From a virus, in IMG/VR virus record IMGVR_UViG_3300032235_000623, positions 44,850 to 108,849 of that record: a stretch of 64,000 nucleotides of DNA. The stretch is one strand, 5' to 3'. Positions 57,633 to 64,000 of the stretch are shown here, one piece after another. The first letter of the stretch is position 1; each line of letters opens with the position of its first letter. The notes beneath the pieces are model-generated. The model ran no database searches, had not been told where the DNA came from, and saw nothing but the letters and a program-made list of their open reading frames with translations. The position numbers and the translations under genes were made by a program.

Positions 57633-57958
57633 ACCTTGCCGCATTAGAAGGAGAGATTTTTCTTTTAGGACACTGGAAGAATTACGAAGAACTAGAAGAT
57701 AATCTCTCAATGCCAGAGTTAATACAAACAGTCAAAGCTATGCAGAAGACTGAAGAAGAGAAAAGAAGATTCTTAGCTTCTCTTCAAGGCATAAGCTTAG
57801 ATGAAGAAAAAAATGAAGATGCTCCAACTTTTGAAGATGTAAGAAAGGATTTAGGAATAAAAGCGAGTGGTGATGACGTAGTTTCACTACAAGGTGATTT
57901 TGCTAGAGAAGCTGGTTTTGGAATTGGAATGGGCTTGGGGTACAGTAGGAGTAATTAG
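57590..57958 (+). CDS. Tail assembly chaperone -1 frameshift extension (GT-like)
   Basis: Slippery C CCA AAC at 57590-57596; -1 frame open to 57958. Confidence 0.75.
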   Translation, partial: PKPSSGGGSGWSELDLAALEGEIFLLGHWKNYEELEDNLSMPELIQTVKAMQKTEEEKRRFLASLQGISLDEEKNEDAPTFEDVRKDLGIKASGDDVVSLQGDFAREAGFGIGMGLGYSRSN

Positions 57959-60900
57959 TGGCTGAAGAAAATATTATCACTAATATTACGGCAAGGGCTG
58001 ACTTTTCCGATCTTATAAAAGATCTTGGTAGGGTAACAGCCTCTCTGTCGTCCCTACAGCAAACTGTTGGGGCAACTAACAAAGCAATTGCAAGTCAGAT
58101 AGATTCTATAAATAGAGGTTTTGCTAACACAGTAAGAAGTACTGGGCAATTTTCTTCACACTACGTTTCTCTTTCTTCAGATGTTGATAAGTTTGGTAGA
58201 AGCTTAGACTCTGGAAGACTAAAGCTAAAAGATTATTATAGAAATTGGCAAGAACACACAAGAACATCTGGCGGATTAATTAGAGATCTTGCTAAGCAGC
58301 AAGTTCAATTACAAAATGCAATACTTCAACCGTTGGGTCGTAATGCTCAAGGTTTAATGCAATTTAACGTACATGTTCCTAGAGGCTTAGATGTAATTAA
58401 AAATAAAACAGCAATAACAACCCAAGAGCTAAAGATTATGAATAAGGTTGTTCAGGACGGTGCTGTTCAGCTTATTAACTGGGGTAAAAATACTCAGTGG
58501 GCTGGTCGTCAGCTTACAGTTGGTCTTACGCTTCCATTAGCTGCATTTGGTAAAGCAGCAGCAGATGCATTCAGAAGTGCGGATCAAGAACTAACTAGAC
58601 TTACTAAGGTTTATGGAGATATAGCAGGAGCAACTTCTGCAGATTTATCTAAAATTAGAAATGAAGTATCTAAGACTGCAAAAGATTTAGCTTCAACAAT
58701 GGGTGTTAATTTTCAGGAGACTATAGCCCTAGCTGCTGATATAGCAGCAACTGGAAAAACTGGAAATGAATTATTGTCTTCTGTTTCGGAAACAACAAGA
58801 CTTGCAGTTCTTGGTGAAGTAGATAGACAAGAGGCCATGAAAGCAACTCTTGCTATACAGTCTGCATTTAAATCAAATACAGAAGAGCTTTCAGAATCAA
58901 TTAACTTTCTTAACGCTGTAGAAAACCAAACATCTACTACTCTTAACGACTTGGTAGAGGCTATCCCTAAAGCTGGACCAGTTATCAAGGGACTAGGCGG
59001 TAGCGTACAAGACTTAGCACTTTATCTAACAGCTATGCGTGAGGGTGGAGTATCTGCATCAGAAGGTGCTAATGCATTAAAATCTGCACTTGCATCTTTG
59101 ATTAACCCAACAGATGTTGCTGTTGCTAAGTTTCAGGGTTTCGGAATTGACTTACTTGGAATTGTAAATGATAATGCAGGTAATGTAACTCAAACGCTTA
59201 TGACTCTTCAGTCAGCACTTGATAAATTAGATCCTTTACAAAAACAACAAGCAATTGAACAGCTATTCGGAAAGTTTCAGTTTTCAAGACTTAATGCTTT
59301 ATTTGAGAATCTAGGTAGACAGGGTAGCCAGACACTACAAGTTCTAGACCTAATGAAAGCAAGCGCTGGTGATTTAGAAAATGTTGCTAGCCGAGAGTTA
59401 GCTATGGTTACAGAATCAGCAGCTGGAAAGTATAAGAGAGCTGTAGAGTCTTTAAAGGCAGACATGGCTGGAGTCGGAGAGCAGTTCCTTAATATTGGTA
59501 CAACAATAATTGGTGTACTTGATAGTATTATTGATTTCGGTAAAAAGCTACCAGAACCATTAAAGAAACTACTAGCATTTGGTACTGCATTCACAGCAAT
59601 GGTTGGACCTGTTATTATGCTTACTGGTTTGCTAGCAAACTTCTTTGGCTACATAGCAAAAGGTATTTTCCACTTTAAGGCATTCTTTAAGGGTGGAGAA
59701 GGTTGGAGATTATTAACTCCAGAAATCCTAGCTGCTGAACAAGCAGGATCTTTAGCAGAGCAGACATTCTATAGCGATGCTCAAGCTGCAACAATATTAA
59801 AGAAGGCTCTTGCAGATCTTTCTATGGAGTATGACTCGCTAGCAGCTAGACTAGCTTCTGGAAAAATCTCAGTAGGCCCAGCCATAACAACAGCAGCAGG
59901 AAATATTTTACAGCCAGGTGCTCCAGGTTACAGGCCAGTCAACCCTAACCACCCATTAGTTGGCGGAATGGCAAGCTCGCATTTAAATCCAAGAGATCCA
60001 AATAATCCAGCAAGTATATTTGGTCTGGTTCCTGGAGCAAGCGGAGTTAATCAAAAAATTGGAAGAACTCCACAGATAATGATGACTGAAAGACTGCCAG
60101 ACTATGAAGGAGTAACTTCTGTTGGTGGAGTCTCAACAGGAGTAGTTGCTTCAGAAGCATCAAGATACCAAGCGTTAATGGCAACACTTGGAATGCAGTC
60201 TGAAAAAGAAATTGAGGATTTAAAGAAAACTATTAGAATGGGTGGAGCTGTAAGCTCAGACTTTATTCAAACATTTGATGATATTCTTCCTATAACAACA
60301 CAGATTACTCAAAATGTTGCAGCGCAATCTGCTGCCGTTGTATCAGAGTTAAGAGCAGGTAAACTTACTGTAGATCAAGCAAAAGCAAAAATTATTGCAT
60401 TGAATGCACAGCTTGAGGCAGACTTAGGCTCAGCAATGACGTCTTATGCAACAACAACAGGAAGAACTTTAGATCTAACAAGAGTTCCTTTAATTGATCA
60501 GCCAGTTGTTGATGCAACTGGTAAGTCAAATATGAGAGCACTATTTAGAAAAGGAAGAATGCGTGACATCATGCAGGCTCTTGGTAGAGCTACACGCACA
60601 AGAACAATGGGTGCTCCATATAGCATCGAAACAACAAATCTTCCGAAGTATAATACTGGAGGACAGGTATACGTATCACCTGGCACTATAGTACCAGGCC
60701 CTAATGTCAATGCTGATGTGGTTCCAGCAATGCTTACACCAGGAGAGTTTGTTGTTAATAGAGAAGCAACAGCAGCTAATCTTCCGTTATTGCAGTCTAT
60801 AAACGGTAATGGGTCAGCTGGCCCAGGATATAACATGGGTTCAGATGATGCAATACAAGGGTCTTCTGATAATATAAGAAGTAGATATAGCGGAAGACAA

Positions 60901-63900
60901 TTAGCTCACCTTACAGATGCAATAACTGGAGATACATTGACTGCTGATCAAAAGGCAAGACTTATGAGACAGTTTGGCTTAAGCTTTGATCAGGTTTCAC
61001 AAAAGTCTACCAGAGTTAATAGCTCAATGATTGCAGCATATGATGCATTCTTTAATCAGGGAACTAATAATGGTAATTTAAATATAAATAAAGCAATTGA
61101 TTATTTAAGCGGAAGACCAGTTCTTGATCCAAAGTTTGCCAAAGGAATGGTTGTTCATAATCCACTTATTGCTTATGAGGGGTTAATGTCTGACCTTGGT
61201 ATACCTGTAAGAGAAAGATCAGCTTTTGCCCAAGCTTTAGATAGATCAATTGTTAGCAGACTACGTGCACTATCTGAGTCAGGAGTAGAGTTTTTAGCAG
61301 ATCAGCCAAATTCTCCAAAGCAAGTAGGTGCCTCTGTTATAGGAGATGCAATAACAGACGAAATAGTAAAGTCAAAAAATCCTAAAATCATTCAAGCTCT
61401 AGATAGATTAAAAAGACCAGGAGAAGTTAGAGTTTACAATGAAAGAAGAGGCACAAGCGATAGGTTCTTCCCTAAGACAACAAGTAGAGTAAGCACACTT
61501 CTTGCATCAATTATTGCTAAAAGAAAAATGCCTCAAGTTTCAGATTCAGTTGCATCTGTATTCCCAGGAGTTAGAACAAGCATTGCACAAGAGCCAGAGC
61601 AGGTTAAGAGAGCCCCAGCCCTACCTAGAGGCACATTTACTCCAGGTGCCTATAGAGGATTCTATCCTAGAAGAAACCGTGGTGGAATAATAGGATTAAA
61701 TACAGGAGGCATGGTCCCTAGATATAATAATGGTGGAAGAATTGTTAGTTTAGGTATGCCAACTATGGGTGCGCCAAAAACTTGGTCTGGAGACCATGCT
61801 CCAGCTTCAAGTCAGTTTAAGGAAATGGGCGGTCCTATGATGGCAGGCTTCGGCTTGCAAATGGCTGGACAGATGGTTGGAGGCCAAGCTGGAAATGCAA
61901 TAATGATGGGCGGTCTCGCCATGCAGTTAGCACCATTTGCTGGAATGCTGAAGAAGGTTACATCAGGAATAACTTCATTCAAGTCGTTAGCAGTTGGCGC
62001 ATTTAATTTAGTTACAAAATCGGTTGGCTTACTAAGAGCAGCACTTGTATTTCTAACAGGCCCTATAGGATTAACAATTGCTGGAGTAACAGCAATGGCA
62101 GCAGTCTTATTAAACTTGAAAAAGAATGCAGAAGAGGCTGGTAAAGCAAATAGACTTGCTCTTGGAGGAACATCTGAATCTTTTGCTTCAGTAGGTATAA
62201 AAAATTATAAGACTGTAGCGGATAGACTTAAAGAGATTAATGATCAGATGGAGCTTAATAGGGTTAAGGCAAAATCTATTGCAGACTCATATACACAAGC
62301 TGGACCTACTGGAGTTACCCTTTCAATTAAGCAGCTAAATGAAGCTATTAAGAATGCAAGAGCAAACCAGAAGGAGTATGTAGATGCATTTAATAGCATA
62401 GATCCTTCTAAGGTTGTAAACTATGCTTCGCAAATTAAAGCTCAGTTTGTAGCTATGGGAATGAGTGCAGAGCAGGCATCAAATCAAATTTTTGCAATTA
62501 TAAAGGCTTCAGATAAAGCATCACAAGCATTTTCTGCAGTAACATCTTCACAGTTTAGAAATATAAAAGACCAAGCATCTGCGCTAGAATCATTATTTAA
62601 TACTTTAATTAAAGCTTCAGGAAGCTCATTGTTTAATGCAGAAGAGTTTACTCAAGGATTAGATACTCTTGTATCTTCTGTGATTGCCTATAGAGATTCA
62701 TTAATTGGTACAAAAGATGCAGCAAAGAATATCTTAGATGAATCAGAAGCAACAAAGAAGGTCATGGATGAGATTAGCAAGATTAAGAATTCAGATGCTA
62801 AGCTAAGTGCTGATGTAATAAAGGGCCTAAAGGAACAAAGTTTAACATACGCAACAATTTTAAATTCAGCAGAAAGCCTTGAAAGCGTAACTGCTAAAAT
62901 TTTATTATATCAATCAGGCTTGTCTAACATAGTTGACCTAGCATCAATAGGTGCTCAGGCTGCAGTAACAATGGCAAAGAATTTATCAACAATACAGTCT
63001 GGAATTAATACTATAACTGAAAGTACAGACTCAAAGGTAAACCCACTGTCTGGACTTGCAACGGCAATTGATAAAGCTGACAAGGCGCAGCTTGGCTTTA
63101 ATAATAAAATTAAAGCAGCTAAAAAACTTGATGAAGATTACTACAAGAATAAAATTAAGGCTATCGATAAGGTTATTGAAAAAATTCAAGAAGAAGCCGA
63201 TGAAAGAATTAAGGCTATTCGTGCAGAGCAAGATGCTAGAAATATTGCCACCGATATCCAGCAGGAGCAATTAAAGTATCAGCAAGCTTTAATGGCTGGA
63301 GACATGGAATCAGCAGCCAGTGCACAGTTAGAAATTCAAAGACTTATAAAACAAAAGCAAGAAGAAGATGCTATTGCTGCAATTGAAAAGAAAGCTGCAG
63401 CAGATCTAAAGAAGCAACGAGATGAGCAAGAGAGGCTAGCAGAGCTTGACGAAAAAAGAAAGAAGGGTCTTGAAAACCTTAAAACTCAATCTGATTTAAA
63501 TAACACTTCTTCTTCTGAAATGAAGTCTGCTAGAGATAGGCTAGAAGCATTAATAGCGCCGTACTCAGGTCAGGATATTAAAGATGTTCCAAGCAGTGTA
63601 AGAGAGCAAGTTGTAGCAATTTTAGAAGAAATGAAAAATAGCACAAATAAAGCTCTTAGAGACGAATACTTTAAACTATTTAATGAGTTTAGAGGAAAAG
63701 CTGGCAAGGGACCTCAAGATATTGCTACACCTTTGATTAAGTCTTTCTTAAAGGCTATAGATAATTTTGGAAGCCAAGCTGGTAATTCAGACTTCTTGAA
63801 CGCAGTAAGACAGTTTGCATTAGCTGTTGAAAAGTTCTCAGGTAAAACAGGATTACCATTCTTCAAGCCTTCCGCTGGAGATTATAAGAATAATAAATTT

Positions 63901-64000
63901 AGTTTTGATACTACATATATGCAATTTACTGACTCTACAGGAAAGAAAACAATTCAGTCAATGATTGCGTCATATGATTATGAAAATGCATATAATAAGT
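57958..64000 (+). CDS. Tape measure protein (more than 2000 aa, truncated by window end; absent from ORF track)
   Basis: GTG overlapping the upstream TAG, open frame to the end, Ala/Gly-rich helical repeats, VPAMLTPGEFVVN motif. Confidence 0.9.
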   Translation, partial: MAEENIITNITARADFSDLIKDLGRVTASLSSLQQTVGATNKAIASQIDSINRGFANTVRSTGQFSSHYVSLSSDVDKFGRSLDSGRLKLKDYYRNWQEHTRTSGGLIRDLAKQQVQLQNAILQPLGRNAQGLMQFNVHVPRGLDVIKNKTAITTQELKIMNKVVQDGAVQLINWGKNTQWAGRQLTVGLTLPLAAFGKAAADAFRSADQELTRLTKVYGDIAGATSADLSKIRNEVSKTAKDLASTMGVNFQETIALAADIAATGKTGNELLSSVSETTRLAVLGEVDRQEAMKATLAIQSAFKSNTEELSESINFLNAVENQTSTTLNDLVEAIPKAGPVIKGLGGSVQDLALYLTAMREGGVSASEGANALKSALASLINPTDVAVAKFQGFGIDLLGIVNDNAGNVTQTLMTLQSALDKLDPLQKQQAIEQLFGKFQFSRLNALFENLGRQGSQTLQVLDLMKASAGDLENVASRELAMVTESAAGKYKRAVESLKADMAGVGEQFLNIGTTIIGVLDSIIDFGKKLPEPLKKLLAFGTAFTAMVGPVIMLTGLLANFFGYIAKGIFHFKAFFKGGEGWRLLTPEILAAEQAGSLAEQTFYSDAQAATILKKALADLSMEYDSLAARLASGKISVGPAITTAAGNILQPGAPGYRPVNPNHPLVGGMASSHLNPRDPNNPASIFGLVPGASGVNQKIGRTPQIMMTERLPDYEGVTSVGGVSTGVVASEASRYQALMATLGMQSEKEIEDLKKTIRMGGAVSSDFIQTFDDILPITTQITQNVAAQSAAVVSELRAGKLTVDQAKAKIIALNAQLEADLGSAMTSYATTTGRTLDLTRVPLIDQPVVDATGKSNMRALFRKGRMRDIMQALGRATRTRTMGAPYSIETTNLPKYNTGGQVYVSPGTIVPGPNVNADVVPAMLTPGEFVVNREATAANLPLLQSINGNGSAGPGYNMGSDDAIQGSSDNIRSRYSGRQLAHLTDAITGDTLTADQKARLMRQFGLSFDQVSQKSTRVNSSMIAAYDAFFNQGTNNGNLNINKAIDYLSGRPVLDPKFAKGMVVHNPLIAYEGLMSDLGIPVRERSAFAQALDRSIVSRLRALSESGVEFLADQPNSPKQVGASVIGDAITDEIVKSKNPKIIQALDRLKRPGEVRVYNERRGTSDRFFPKTTSRVSTLLASIIAKRKMPQVSDSVASVFPGVRTSIAQEPEQVKRAPALPRGTFTPGAYRGFYPRRNRGGIIGLNTGGMVPRYNNGGRIVSLGMPTMGAPKTWSGDHAPASSQFKEMGGPMMAGFGLQMAGQMVGGQAGNAIMMGGLAMQLAPFAGMLKKVTSGITSFKSLAVGAFNLVTKSVGLLRAALVFLTGPIGLTIAGVTAMAAVLLNLKKNAEEAGKANRLALGGTSESFASVGIKNYKTVADRLKEINDQMELNRVKAKSIADSYTQAGPTGVTLSIKQLNEAIKNARANQKEYVDAFNSIDPSKVVNYASQIKAQFVAMGMSAEQASNQIFAIIKASDKASQAFSAVTSSQFRNIKDQASALESLFNTLIKASGSSLFNAEEFTQGLDTLVSSVIAYRDSLIGTKDAAKNILDESEATKKVMDEISKIKNSDAKLSADVIKGLKEQSLTYATILNSAESLESVTAKILLYQSGLSNIVDLASIGAQAAVTMAKNLSTIQSGINTITESTDSKVNPLSGLATAIDKADKAQLGFNNKIKAAKKLDEDYYKNKIKAIDKVIEKIQEEADERIKAIRAEQDARNIATDIQQEQLKYQQALMAGDMESAASAQLEIQRLIKQKQEEDAIAAIEKKAAADLKKQRDEQERLAELDEKRKKGLENLKTQSDLNNTSSSEMKSARDRLEALIAPYSGQDIKDVPSSVREQVVAILEEMKNSTNKALRDEYFKLFNEFRGKAGKGPQDIATPLIKSFLKAIDNFGSQAGNSDFLNAVRQFALAVEKFSGKTGLPFFKPSAGDYKNNKFSFDTTYMQFTDSTGKKTIQSMIASYDYENAYNK

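Noticed and set aside
1-64000. Prophage/host DNA, alternative genetic code, or DGR/retron
   Set aside because: No integrase, housekeeping operon or reverse transcriptase was seen; genes are full length under the standard code and all three stop codons are used

Overview
The window is a 64-kb piece of a large, AT-rich tailed dsDNA phage genome with siphovirus-type morphogenesis genes. The host is probably an actinobacterium, possibly a freshwater lineage. This is inferred from leaderless genes, an Lsr2-like protein, an MSMEG_6728-type glycosylase and GAAAGG-type RBSs. Five blocks are visible. (1) 1-12.4 kb (+): auxiliary genes, namely an HslV-like protease, an S8 protease, thioredoxin, a large secreted surface protein, a histone-like protein and an SDR / cytochrome P450 / luciferase-like monooxygenase / 2OG-oxygenase cluster. 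(2) 12.4-24.3 kb (-): an island of small early-type genes with tRNA-Asp. It holds 13 copies of a non-canonical promoter, CRP-, DnaA- and WhiA-like boxes, a second polar motif, RNA pseudoknots and a candidate anti-RBS small RNA, and it may be a long terminal repeat. (3) 24.3-30.8 kb: methyltransferase, tRNA-Ile(UAU), two oxygenases, a lytic transglycosylase and a class II RNR. (4) 30.9-48.7 kb: fibre genes ending in an Fn3-(PPxFFG)12-Hint protein, directly followed by ten tailoring-type genes (GNAT, five intact and two degenerate prolyl-hydroxylase-like 2OG-Fe(II) oxygenases, two DUF6065-type). This is the best candidate for an undescribed virion post-translational modification system. (5) 48.7-64 kb: portal, protease/scaffold, capsid, neck, tail tube, frameshifted chaperones and a tape measure cut off by the window edge. 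All calls come from motif recognition by eye; no database search was run.
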